Assembly (NCBI GenBank): GCA_963718665.1
Contig: OY970359.1
Location: forward strand, 2,176,001 to 2,240,000
Reading direction: 5' to 3'
Source of the DNA: an uncultured Phycisphaerales bacterium
Lineage (GTDB): Bacteria > Planctomycetota > Phycisphaerae > Sedimentisphaerales > Anaerobacaceae
Length of the DNA stretch: 64,000 nucleotides
A program made the position numbers and the translations under genes. How positions within the stretch are numbered: position 1 is the first letter of the stretch; each line of letters starts with the position of its first letter. Under the pieces are notes generated by a model. That model was not told where the DNA came from. It saw only the letters and a list, made by a program, of their open reading frames with translations, and searched no databases. This document shows positions 40,458 to 50,349 of this stretch, piece by piece.

Positions 40458-40916
40458 ATGCGATACCTTTCAATCGATTACGGAAACAAGATTACAGGCC
40501 TTGCGATTTGCGACCAGACCGAGACATTCGTTTCGCCTCTTATGGCGATTCCCACCTCCGATTGCCTCATCGATAAAATCATCGAAGTCGCCAAGGCAGA
40601 AAACGTTGGTGCTCTCGTCCTGGGCCTGCCTTTGAATATGGATGATTCGGTCGGCCCGCAGGCGAAAAAAGTCCAGGCGTTCGCCGAGCAGATTAAAAAG
40701 CAGATTGACACTCCCGTTTTCTTTCAGGATGAGCGGCTGAGCACCTTCGCCGCCGAGGGAAAACTTGCCGACTGGTCTTTAAATCAAAAGCGGGGCAGAC
40801 CCGTCCGCCGAAGCGACAGCGAAGGCGGATTGACCCGCAAAGGGAAAAAACGCCGAATAGATGCTCTGGCCGCTGCGGAGATTTTGCAGGCGTTTCTCGA
40901 TTCAAACCGCCACTAA
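40458..40916 (+). CDS. ruvX: YqgF/RuvX nuclease with an in-frame palindromic insertion
   Basis: LSIDYG, GLPLNMD, QDERLST, IDALAAAEIL. Confidence 0.93.
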   Translation: MRYLSIDYGNKITGLAICDQTETFVSPLMAIPTSDCLIDKIIEVAKAENVGALVLGLPLNMDDSVGPQAKKVQAFAEQIKKQIDTPVFFQDERLSTFAAEGKLADWSLNQKRGRPVRRSDSEGGLTRKGKKRRIDALAAAEILQAFLDSNRH

Positions 40917-40965
40917 GACACAAAGTTTTTTAGCTACGGATTGGCACAGATTTTCACGGATTATT

Positions 40966-40999
40966 TTTAGCCACAGAGGGCACAGGGGACACAGAGATT
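40966..40999. repeat. 34-bp repeat, right arm of an inverted pair around ruvX
   Basis: TTTAGCCACAGAGGGCACAGGGGACACAGAGATT. Confidence 0.8.
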
Positions 41000-41071
41000 T
41001 TCATTTCCGACTCACTATTTACAATTTATTTGCGGATTTCAGAAGAAATAAGTATTATGGTCTGATAATTC

Positions 41072-42640
41072 CTAATGACTATGCTCAGGAGAAGCATTTA
41101 GGTCGGCCTCATTTCTGTCGGGACATTTCTTACCAACCACATCAAGCTGTCCACCTTGGACAGAAGCGTTTTTGTTATTTACTACTGTATTCTCTGAACC
41201 AGAAGCAGGGATTTTCGGTGTGTCCGTGTGCACATGATAGATTGCAACGGCTGCGACTAATAGAAGGACAAAAACCGGACCATAAAACCACCAAAACTTG
41301 CCGTTGCTGTGAACTTTTTTTCTCAACAAAGGGATAGTGACAGGACTTTCTTCGCCAATCCGCTGCGTGAGTCCAATTTGTGGTATCATTTTATCTATGA
41401 ATTTCTCCACAGCAGTCCCATGCTTGACAGCCCCATATAGAAGAACGTGATACCACCATCTATCCATAAGCCAAAATGCAACCCAAGCAACAGCACCTAA
41501 GAGCATCAATATGCTGGCCAATGGGATTACCGCTTTCCCAATAGTAACAGTATAACCTTCTTTTAATGATAAAGCAGATGCTCCGAGGATTGCGGTAAGA
41601 ACCGTTATCGCATAATTGCGAATCTGCAGGCACAGGCCATTAAAGTGCTGTTGGACATCGATGGTTTTTTCCCATACACTTACTACATGCCCTATAAGCT
41701 CATTTTTCGAATATCCCATTGATTCCCATAAACGTGCGGTCGATTCAAAGCCATCAACATGCTCGACGAAATTAAATAAATTAAGCAATTCCTTAAAAGA
41801 ACTTTCTATAACAAAGTTTGCAGTAATATCCGCATCGGTTAGCTGTTTCTCTTTTTCCACATCTGCCTTTTTCCAATGTGTAACTTTACGCAACAAATTA
41901 TATCGAGGATCATTAGTTGACACGCCGTACTTTGCCCATACATCGGTAACAGAAGCCCTCTGGGCCATTGCCACATCTTTCATTAGACTATCGCCGACAT
42001 AGATTACCTGTTCTGGGGCAGCACCAATTTCTTTGATAATTCTATTTAGCAGTTCCGGATTAGGTTTTATTTCGCCTTTTGGTGTATGTCGATGAATGGT
42101 ATGCTGAAATTTATATCTTTCTGGCCCATATGCTCGTGTTTTCTCTAGATCAATATTCTTGGGAATATCATGGTCAGCAGTAGAATAAAGATAATCGAGA
42201 ACGCCATCAAGTCCTAGTTTTTTAATCCTATATTTGGAGTAATATCCCATTGACTCTGTATATCCAACAAGCAGGCAGCCCATTGATCGTAGCACACATA
42301 ACGTTTGAAGTACGTCTGGATATAGCTTTAAGGCGGTTTGTCTTGCTTGGCGATATGCTTGGATGCATTCACTATAAATAATAGGGATATTACCATCAGG
42401 GTGCTTTTTTTGGAGAGACGGGAGCTCTTCCAGAGAAAACGCGTATTCCGAAGTGCCATGTTTCTGGTGGACACTCATGAACTCTTCTTCGAGTTTATCT
42501 TGTGGTATGCCGCTTTTATTCACTAACAAGGACAGCATCGCATTGAATGATTTATACCATATGTCAAACCAATCGAATAAAGTATTGTCCAAGTCAGTTA
42601 TTATAACAGACACATTTTTCTTCATAACTGCTCTTTTCAT
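41072..42640 (-). CDS. HAD-superfamily hydrolase fused to a C-terminal multi-TM domain
   Basis: DLDNT, YTES, KPNP and GDSLMKD motifs; three hydrophobic helices after about aa 340; AT-rich. Confidence 0.8.
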   Translation of the reverse strand: MKRAVMKKNVSVIITDLDNTLFDWFDIWYKSFNAMLSLLVNKSGIPQDKLEEEFMSVHQKHGTSEYAFSLEELPSLQKKHPDGNIPIIYSECIQAYRQARQTALKLYPDVLQTLCVLRSMGCLLVGYTESMGYYSKYRIKKLGLDGVLDYLYSTADHDIPKNIDLEKTRAYGPERYKFQHTIHRHTPKGEIKPNPELLNRIIKEIGAAPEQVIYVGDSLMKDVAMAQRASVTDVWAKYGVSTNDPRYNLLRKVTHWKKADVEKEKQLTDADITANFVIESSFKELLNLFNFVEHVDGFESTARLWESMGYSKNELIGHVVSVWEKTIDVQQHFNGLCLQIRNYAITVLTAILGASALSLKEGYTVTIGKAVIPLASILMLLGAVAWVAFWLMDRWWYHVLLYGAVKHGTAVEKFIDKMIPQIGLTQRIGEESPVTIPLLRKKVHSNGKFWWFYGPVFVLLLVAAVAIYHVHTDTPKIPASGSENTVVNNKNASVQGGQLDVVGKKCPDRNEADLNASPEHSH

Positions 42641-42812
42641 TTTCAGTATTAGATTAGTTCGCCAGCGGATTTATTATCCTCGGAATTTTTGCCGAAGGCA
42701 AGCTGAAAATTTCCTATTGATACTAGGTGTAAATCCGCCAAATGAACGGCGAGCGACGGGGTTCAAGTATTTTCCGGAAAATTCAACTTCTCCCTTCTGC
42801 CTTAACTGAACG

Positions 42813-43406
42813 CTACACGTTGCCCGCTGCTTTTGGGAAGTTCAACCTTGCAAACTCCCCATGGTATTTCCTCGCTGCCTCATCATACGCCTTTGCGGCG
42901 TCTTCCTCGTTATCGAATCTGCCCAAGCAAATCCTTTTCTTGTGGTAGTCGATGTTGGCAACCCATCTTTTTCGTCCATTAGTTAAAGAAACACCCATAA
43001 AATGGGAGGTGGTGTTCTTTCTTTTTGGAACGTTAATGTTATTCTCCGAACGTGTCGCAAGACGAAGATTAGACCTTTGATTATCAAGGCCATCGAGGTT
43101 TCTATGGTCAACAAGAAGGCCTTTAGGCGGCTTCAAAATCTCCCTGTGCATTGCAATTATTGTCGGCCCATCGGCGCATTCATTATCGAATCGAACCGCA
43201 TAGAAAGATTTGGTTCCTCTTTTGCTAACCCAGTCGAAATCGTTGAGCCAGTAGAAATCGCCCGGGTCAACAAGGGCGTATTTGCCTTCTGTGAGGCGGA
43301 TTTTGCGGTAGGGGTGGGCAAATTTGCGTTTGCGATAGAAAAGCACAGGCCAGGCGAAAATACGGTCAAGCCAATTCGGAATACTGATTGTTAAGCGAAG
43401 TTTCAT
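42813..43406 (-). CDS. HNH endonuclease plus AP2 DNA-binding domain protein
   Basis: [28 protein letters not shown]...WVA...[15 protein letters not shown]...ARLNFP; RBS AGGAGAGG before the ATG at 43406. Confidence 0.88.
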   Translation of the reverse strand: MKLRLTISIPNWLDRIFAWPVLFYRKRKFAHPYRKIRLTEGKYALVDPGDFYWLNDFDWVSKRGTKSFYAVRFDNECADGPTIIAMHREILKPPKGLLVDHRNLDGLDNQRSNLRLATRSENNINVPKRKNTTSHFMGVSLTNGRKRWVANIDYHKKRICLGRFDNEEDAAKAYDEAARKYHGEFARLNFPKAAGNV

Positions 43407-43675
43407 AGTTCCTCTCCTCGGAGCGCAGCGCAGATCCCCGAGAACCCGCCCCATTGGTTCCGCAGCAGGGAATCCATATTTTCATTCTGGTTTAATTGAA
43501 ATCCGAAATGGAACTTCTGTCCCTGCTCCCTTGCCCTCCTGGGGCGAAATGCCCGCCAAATTGACCGGCGGGGCGGGTAAACCTTGCGCTTCTGCGCTAC
43601 TACGCCGACCCGCCTAACTGACTGGCGGGTAAACCTCCTGACCCCTTCGACTCCGCTCAGGGCAGGTCAGCGGGT
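43407..43675 (-). other. Long GC-rich structured 5' leader or REP cluster upstream of HNH-AP2
   Basis: Several hairpins: CTGACC..GGTCAG, ACCCGCC..GGCGGGT, CCCGCC..GGCGGG, GCAGGGA..TCCCTGC, CTCGG..CCGAG. Confidence 0.55.
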
Positions 43676-43679
43676 TAGA

Positions 43680-43707
43680 ATTTTATCAAACAACGCCTGT
43701 AAGTCAA
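43680..43707 (-). promoter_or_regulatory. sigma70 promoter
   Basis: TTGACT-N16-TAAAAT on the minus strand. Confidence 0.65.
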
Positions 43708-43825
43708 GATAAAACTAACATTTTTTAAAAGATTTATGCAAAACGACATAAGTCCTTGTTTGTAAATTGGTTACAACAAAGGATTTTTAAGTCGCTACTC
43801 CCGAAAGGGACGCCTGACAGCGGGC

Positions 43826-43869
43826 GGATAAATCCCGTGAGATAGAAAAACTTATCTCACGGGATAAAT
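43826..43869. repeat. Palindromic element with 8-bp direct repeat, overlapping a stop codon
   Basis: Perfect 13-bp arms ATCCCGTGAGATA/TATCTCACGGGAT; GGATAAAT is duplicated 36 nt apart. Confidence 0.8.
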
Positions 43870-44610
43870 ATCTACGTAGCGGTTGCCGCCTGTGCGGTTC
43901 CATTCGTCAATCGCGGATTTGCCTTCGCCCAAATAGATATCAATGCGTTTTCCCTTTACTGATTGGCCTGAGTCCTGGACTATGAAGTTTGCGGAGGCGA
44001 GGCCTGCGGGGGTGGTTGCGCCGTTTTTGAAGACAAGGGTAACGGTTTGGCCGGGCGGGATGAGTAATGAATCGGCGGAGATAGATGACCAGGGAGTAAG
44101 GGGTTGGCCCGTTGAGCCGGTGAGTGATGAAACGATTGAATAGGTTGCTGAGTCGGGATGCAAAAGAGCCAGATTGCCGAAGCCGGTAAAGTCGGTGATG
44201 CCCAGCCGGGCGTAGCGATTGCGGAGGGTTTGCGGATTGATAACCCATTTGCCTTCGGGGTTTCTGCCTGCGTTTGGTCCTGTGAGGCGGGCGAAACAGC
44301 CGGCGCCCCCTGTGTATTTGATATAATCGCCATCAAGGGCGGTTTTGCCCGTGCCCTGCATAGCGACTCCCATGCCGCCGAATAAAAAGGATGCTTTCAA
44401 GGTATAAGTTTTGTTTGAAATGGTCGTGGTGATGGTTTGTGTGCCGGGGAGTTCGGAATTGTAAACACAGTGGTAGGCGGTCGCGTAAACATCGGTGATA
44501 AGAGGCGGCTGTTTATAAAAGTCATCCGAAGCGGCTGCGCTATCCCCAGCGACGGATAGCAGCGCCATTGTTACGACCCACAACAGATATGACTTTTTCC
44601 CGTGTTCCAT
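43852..44610 (-). CDS. Secreted 3D-domain protein (MltA/Sps-like)
   Basis: Signal peptide; ATAY, SISADS, VQDSG and RIDIYLG motifs. Confidence 0.75.
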   Translation of the reverse strand: MEHGKKSYLLWVVTMALLSVAGDSAAASDDFYKQPPLITDVYATAYHCVYNSELPGTQTITTTISNKTYTLKASFLFGGMGVAMQGTGKTALDGDYIKYTGGAGCFARLTGPNAGRNPEGKWVINPQTLRNRYARLGITDFTGFGNLALLHPDSATYSIVSSLTGSTGQPLTPWSSISADSLLIPPGQTVTLVFKNGATTPAGLASANFIVQDSGQSVKGKRIDIYLGEGKSAIDEWNRTGGNRYVDIYPVR

Positions 44611-44806
44611 CACCTATTAATACGATTTTGTTTTAGCCGGAGTGATAAGGGTTATGCTTAAATGTGCCCTCTTTGTTGCTCAAATAAACGCGGGCGACTA
44701 AGCAATTTCCTGATAAGCACAATTTTGCGCCAATCGTATAAATGAACAGAACAAGAAGCAGATTTGAAACCTTTCGCAATGGGCACAAATTTGAAAGGAG
44801 CTGACA

Positions 44807-45172
44807 ATGATTACGCTAACGGACACAAGAAAAGCGGTGGAGTTTTTCGAGGCGAAGCTCGAATTTACGACCGGACCTGTCGAGCTGAACTCAATGATTG
44901 AAAGCGGCGAGTATGTGAACATCATTGACGTTCGAGGCAAAGAGGATTTCAGCAAAGGCCATATCCCCGGAGCGGTAAATCTTCCGAAGGAACGGTGGAA
45001 CTCGTTTAGGGGATTGAGCAGAGAGAGGGCCAACGTTGTGTATTGCTATTCACAGCAATGCCATCTGGCGGCGAGGGCGTGCAAACTCTTTGCGGAAAAC
45101 GGGCATCCTGTGATGGAGCTCGAAGGCGGCTTTGATGCCTGGCAGAAACATTCGCTGCCGATTGGGAGGTGA
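44807..45172 (+). CDS. Rhodanese-like domain protein
   Basis: IIDVR, GHIPGA, VVYCY, LEGGF. Confidence 0.9.
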   Translation: MITLTDTRKAVEFFEAKLEFTTGPVELNSMIESGEYVNIIDVRGKEDFSKGHIPGAVNLPKERWNSFRGLSRERANVVYCYSQQCHLAARACKLFAENGHPVMELEGGFDAWQKHSLPIGR

Positions 45173-45207
45173 ATGAGTATCGCAGCGAAATACACATTAG
45201 TGATTTG

Positions 45208-45240
45208 AGAATAGCCGGTTTTTTAGCCGGCTTTTTTCTT
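45208..45240. terminator. terminator between convergent genes
   Basis: AGCCGGT-tttt-TAGCCGGCT followed by a T-tract. Confidence 0.6.
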
Positions 45241-45249
45241 TGGAGGTTG

Positions 45250-46245
45250 TCAGCCGAGGATGAGATTTGCGGTGGAAAAGTAAAAGAGGAGGGTGGCGAT
45301 GTCTGCTGCGGCGAGGACGATGGGGCCTGCGGCGACTTTGGGGTCGATGCGGAATTTTCGTATGAGGGTGGGGACAATGACGCCGAGGAGGCAGGCGGTG
45401 ATGACAGAAAGCCAGATGCTGAGACCGATGGCGAGACCCTGCCATAAGACGCCTTTCCAGGAGTAAGCGGTAAGTCCGACGACGAAGCCGGAGCCGGCGC
45501 CGAGGAGGACGGAGGTTAGCAATTCGCTGCGGACACCTATCAATATGCGCCGCCAGGAGGCGTTTCGCTGGAGGAGGACCTGGAGGGTAAGGGCCATTGA
45601 CTGGATGCTGACGCTTTCGGAGATTGCCAGGACGACGGTGATGAACATCGCGAGGATGGCCAGTTCGCTGATGAGCAGTTCGTATCGGCTGGCGATGAAG
45701 GCGCAGATTATGCCGCTGGTGATATTGCAGAAAAGCCAGGGGAACCGGCCTTTGAAGTCCGACCACGGAGAAACCTTTTTTTTGCCGATGGAGACGTGGA
45801 CACCAATCATCTGGAAGACGTTTTCGAGCTGACGCTGGTGGTTGAGCGAGACGACATCGTCGGTGAAGAGATTGATATCGACGATGCCGAGGATTTTGTT
45901 GTCGTCATCAACTACGGGCAGAGCAAGAAAGCGATATTCCGTGAAAAGCTCGCAGGCGTGCAAAACCGACTGTGAATACAGGACCGAGACAGGGGAACGG
46001 ACCATAATCGACGAGATTTTCGTTTGGGGGTCGCTGGTGATTACGTTTCTTATGGGAACGACGCCTGTGAGGCGATTATGCTCGTCGGTAACGTAGAGAT
46101 AAAGGATATCTTTAGGGGAGGCGTTATCCCTGATGGATTTTATGGCATGAGCTACGGTTTCGTCGTATTTAAGCGTGACGAAATCGGTCCGCATATAGGC
46201 GGAGACAGGTTCCCGCAGATTATGGTCGCTCAATTTAGCCGGCAT
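45250..46245 (-). CDS. mgtE: Magnesium transporter MgtE (CBS pair plus TM domain; no N domain)
   Basis: LYVTD, ALPVVD, RFPWL, IDPKVAAGP...AD. Confidence 0.85.
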   Translation of the reverse strand: MPAKLSDHNLREPVSAYMRTDFVTLKYDETVAHAIKSIRDNASPKDILYLYVTDEHNRLTGVVPIRNVITSDPQTKISSIMVRSPVSVLYSQSVLHACELFTEYRFLALPVVDDDNKILGIVDINLFTDDVVSLNHQRQLENVFQMIGVHVSIGKKKVSPWSDFKGRFPWLFCNITSGIICAFIASRYELLISELAILAMFITVVLAISESVSIQSMALTLQVLLQRNASWRRILIGVRSELLTSVLLGAGSGFVVGLTAYSWKGVLWQGLAIGLSIWLSVITACLLGVIVPTLIRKFRIDPKVAAGPIVLAAADIATLLFYFSTANLILG

Positions 46246-46322
46246 TACACACCTTTCGGCGGCAACTATACCATAAAGGCAGGCAGAAATTCAATAATGC
46301 TGACCATCTTAAATTTATGCGG

Positions 46323-46383
46323 ATTTGTCTTTTCTGCTAAAATTGAGGCTTAAAGAACTTCGAGATAAAGTTAAAAATTTTGA
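46323..46383. repeat. ~60-bp imperfect inverted repeat, left arm
   Basis: The first 27 nt are 25/27 identical to the reverse complement of 47580-47606; the block AAGTTAAAAATTTTGA also matches. Confidence 0.7.
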
Positions 46384-46476
46384 ATTTTCGCGACAAATTT
46401 GATATTCTATCGAAAATGAGTCTCAGCAGTGTAGTTGAGCAGAAATATACAAGGTTATATGGGAAATCCCAGTTAA

Positions 46477-47496
<1,020 letters not shown>

Positions 47497-47546
47497 AAAG
47501 CTCTCTGCCGTTCTATCGAACGCGCATACATACCTCCATAGAGGAA

Positions 47547-47606
47547 TCAAAATTTTTAGCTTCTTGTCTTGGGTTTTCGGCCTCAATTTTAGCAGCAAAG
47601 ATAAAT
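47547..47606. repeat. ~60-bp imperfect inverted repeat, right arm
   Basis: Reverse complement matches 46323-46383. Confidence 0.7.
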
Positions 47607-47697
47607 TTGGCGCGGATTTATCTTTGACAGCGGACTAAAAAACAATATGATTCATTCCTTTACACATGTAAATAATAGCTCGAATGGAGATGATGGT

Positions 47698-49596
47698 ATG
47701 CGTAAGGCAATTGCAGTGTTAGCAGTGGGGGTATTAATTCTTATGTGTTCGACTTTTTCGACTTCGGCTAAGGGGTATCAGAACTTCAAAGTGGCAATTT
47801 ATGCTACGGCTCGGGACGTGAACCAGATGAGCGACGCCAACTGGCTGGCGACACGCTGGGATGAGATATCGAGGCAGGTTAAAGTCGACAAGATTTATTT
47901 AGAGACGAGCCGCAACAATATCCTGGTGGATGTGAATACGGTATTGGCGGCGAAGAAATTTTTCAAGGATAAAGGCGTCGAGGTAGCGGGCGGCATTACC
48001 TATACGGTGATGGAAAGCAATCGCTTCCAGACGTTTTGCTATACCAAGCCCGAATCGCGCAAACGGGTGAAAGAAATAGCGGAATATACGGCGAAATTAT
48101 TCGATGAGATTATTCTCGACGACTTTTTCTTTACCAACTGCAAATGCGAATCGTGCATCAAGGCCAAGGGCAACCAGAGCTGGTCGGAATTTCGACTTGA
48201 CTTGATGAAGGGGGCCGCGAGAAACCTGGTGGTGGGGCCTGCCAAGGCGGTAAATCCGAAGGTAAAAATGGTAATCAAGTACCCGAACTGGTACGAGCAT
48301 TTCCAGGGCTGTGGGTTTAACCTTGAGGCGCAGCCGAAGATTTTCGATGGGATATATACGGGGACAGAAACGAGAGACCCGGTTTATACGGACCAGCACC
48401 TTCAGCAATATGAGAGTTATGAGATATACCGGTATTTCGAGAACATAAAGCCGGGCGGTAACGGCGGCGGGTGGGTCGATACGTTCGGGATTCGATATAT
48501 GGACCGTTACGCGGAGCAGTTGTGGCTGACGCTGTTCGCAAAGGCGCCGGAGATTACGCTTTTTAACTTCAGCGCGATGCTGAGGCCCATACCGCAGGAA
48601 TACCGTGCTGACTGGCAAGGGGGGCAGACGTGCTTCGATTTTAATGAGATGATGAAGCCGATAAAATTGAGTAACGGCACGACAGTTGCGCCAAGCTCAA
48701 TGGCAAGACCCGCCGGCTATAGTTTAGAGTTGGTTGATAAATTTTTAGGCAAGCTGGGCAACCCAATCGGGGTCAAAAGCTACAAGCCATATAATTCGGT
48801 CGGTGAGGATTTCCTGCACAACTATATTGGTATGTGCGGGATACCGATGGATTTGATGCCTGAGTTCCCGGCGGAGGCCAATGTGATATTCCTGACCGAG
48901 TCGGCGAAGTTCGACGATGGAATAGTAGCTAAAATCAAAAAGCAGTTGGTTGACGGCAAGACGGTCATAATCACGTCCGGGTTGTATAAGGCGCTGCAAG
49001 GCAAAGGTATCGAGGACATCGTCGAATTGAGAATAGGCGACGAAAAGGCGCTCGCTAAAAAATTCCAGTTCCAGCGCAGATTGGGCCAGGTATGTGAGTC
49101 CAAACAGGAGATTATGATTCCGCAGATTAAATACCTTACTAATGATTCGTGGGAGGAGATTTTCTGCCTGGCCAGCGGCAATGGCTATCCGATTTTACAT
49201 TCGGCGGATTATGCCAACAGCCGATTGTATATCCTGACGATTCCCGATAACTACGGGGATTTATACAACCTGCCCGCGGAAGTCCTGACTCAAATCAGGG
49301 CCGTGGTGGCGAAAGATATGTATGTTCGATTAGACGGCCCCAGCCAGGTAGCGATGTTCGTTTATGACAACGATACGTTTATCGTGGAGTCATTCCGTGA
49401 TGAGCCGGTTGACGTGAAGATTGTGGCGGACAAGCGAATAAATAAATTGAAGGACATTCTCACCGGCGAAGAACTCACAGGCGAGGCGATAGTGACCCAG
49501 CCGAGGCGATTGGGACAAGCGGCGCCAGCACCCGATAAGATGGCCTTCAAAATGACAATCAAACCGCATTCTTTCCGGGTCTTCAAATGCGAGTAG
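47698..49596 (+). CDS. Secreted hypothetical protein, possibly a TIM-barrel glycoside hydrolase-like fold
   Basis: Signal peptide; IILDDFFFTNCKCESC motif; promoter TTGACA-N16-TATGAT upstream. Confidence 0.6.
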   Translation: MRKAIAVLAVGVLILMCSTFSTSAKGYQNFKVAIYATARDVNQMSDANWLATRWDEISRQVKVDKIYLETSRNNILVDVNTVLAAKKFFKDKGVEVAGGITYTVMESNRFQTFCYTKPESRKRVKEIAEYTAKLFDEIILDDFFFTNCKCESCIKAKGNQSWSEFRLDLMKGAARNLVVGPAKAVNPKVKMVIKYPNWYEHFQGCGFNLEAQPKIFDGIYTGTETRDPVYTDQHLQQYESYEIYRYFENIKPGGNGGGWVDTFGIRYMDRYAEQLWLTLFAKAPEITLFNFSAMLRPIPQEYRADWQGGQTCFDFNEMMKPIKLSNGTTVAPSSMARPAGYSLELVDKFLGKLGNPIGVKSYKPYNSVGEDFLHNYIGMCGIPMDLMPEFPAEANVIFLTESAKFDDGIVAKIKKQLVDGKTVIITSGLYKALQGKGIEDIVELRIGDEKALAKKFQFQRRLGQVCESKQEIMIPQIKYLTNDSWEEIFCLASGNGYPILHSADYANSRLYILTIPDNYGDLYNLPAEVLTQIRAVVAKDMYVRLDGPSQVAMFVYDNDTFIVESFRDEPVDVKIVADKRINKLKDILTGEELTGEAIVTQPRRLGQAAPAPDKMAFKMTIKPHSFRVFKCE

Positions 49597-49641
49597 CATT
49601 AGAAGCAATAAGAACGAGTTACCTGCTTTTTATGATATCGC

Positions 49642-50235
49642 CTATTTTGGCACAATAGGGATATAGATATAGACAGGGCGGTTCATCCATTCCCGTGGGG
49701 CATACTGCTCGAAACAGCAGGCGTTTTTGTCTATTTTGTAACGTGAGGCGGGCAGCCATTCGCTGTATATATATTGATAGGTCTTGCCCATATCCTGGCT
49801 TGTGCATTTGAAAACGGCGTATTTGGCGGCGGGGATATTGCGGGTCACGAGGGCTTTATCGGGCGGGGTCGCATCGCTGTGAACAGGCGTTCCGGCGAGG
49901 TAATCGAAGGCGTCCTTTTTGTCTGTCGCGAAGGTGACACCATAATACCGCCATTCAACGCTGATGGGTCTGAGCTGTGTTCTGTATTGGTCGAAGGCGT
50001 CCCAGATTTTGGTATATGTATCCGGATTCTTTTCGTCAGCCGATGTAATGCGGGTTTGAGTGCCCATTATGGTGAAGGCGTCTCTGTCTTTTAAATCGTA
50101 GTTCATCACGACTGTTTTTTCGGCTTTGGCGGATGTTTTCGGGGCAGTCGAGGCCTGCTGGCTTTCATTGCATCCCTGTGTCATAATGGAGGCCACTGCT
50201 ATTATTGCAACGGTGAGATTTCTTATGGTTCGCAT
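49642..50235 (-). CDS. Lipoprotein with GyrI-like small-molecule-binding domain
   Basis: Lipobox MTQGC; IPAAKYAVF, YIYSEWLP, FEQY, IYIPI. Confidence 0.85.
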   Translation of the reverse strand: MRTIRNLTVAIIAVASIMTQGCNESQQASTAPKTSAKAEKTVVMNYDLKDRDAFTIMGTQTRITSADEKNPDTYTKIWDAFDQYRTQLRPISVEWRYYGVTFATDKKDAFDYLAGTPVHSDATPPDKALVTRNIPAAKYAVFKCTSQDMGKTYQYIYSEWLPASRYKIDKNACCFEQYAPREWMNRPVYIYIPIVPK

Positions 50236-50349
50236 GCTATTGTCCTTTCAGCAAAATGAAATAAACTGTTTTTTGTCAGTGGGGTAATTATAATTACTGT
50301 CAGCCGGTTTTAGCAAGAGTGAACAATATGTTTTTGAAAGGTAAGGACA

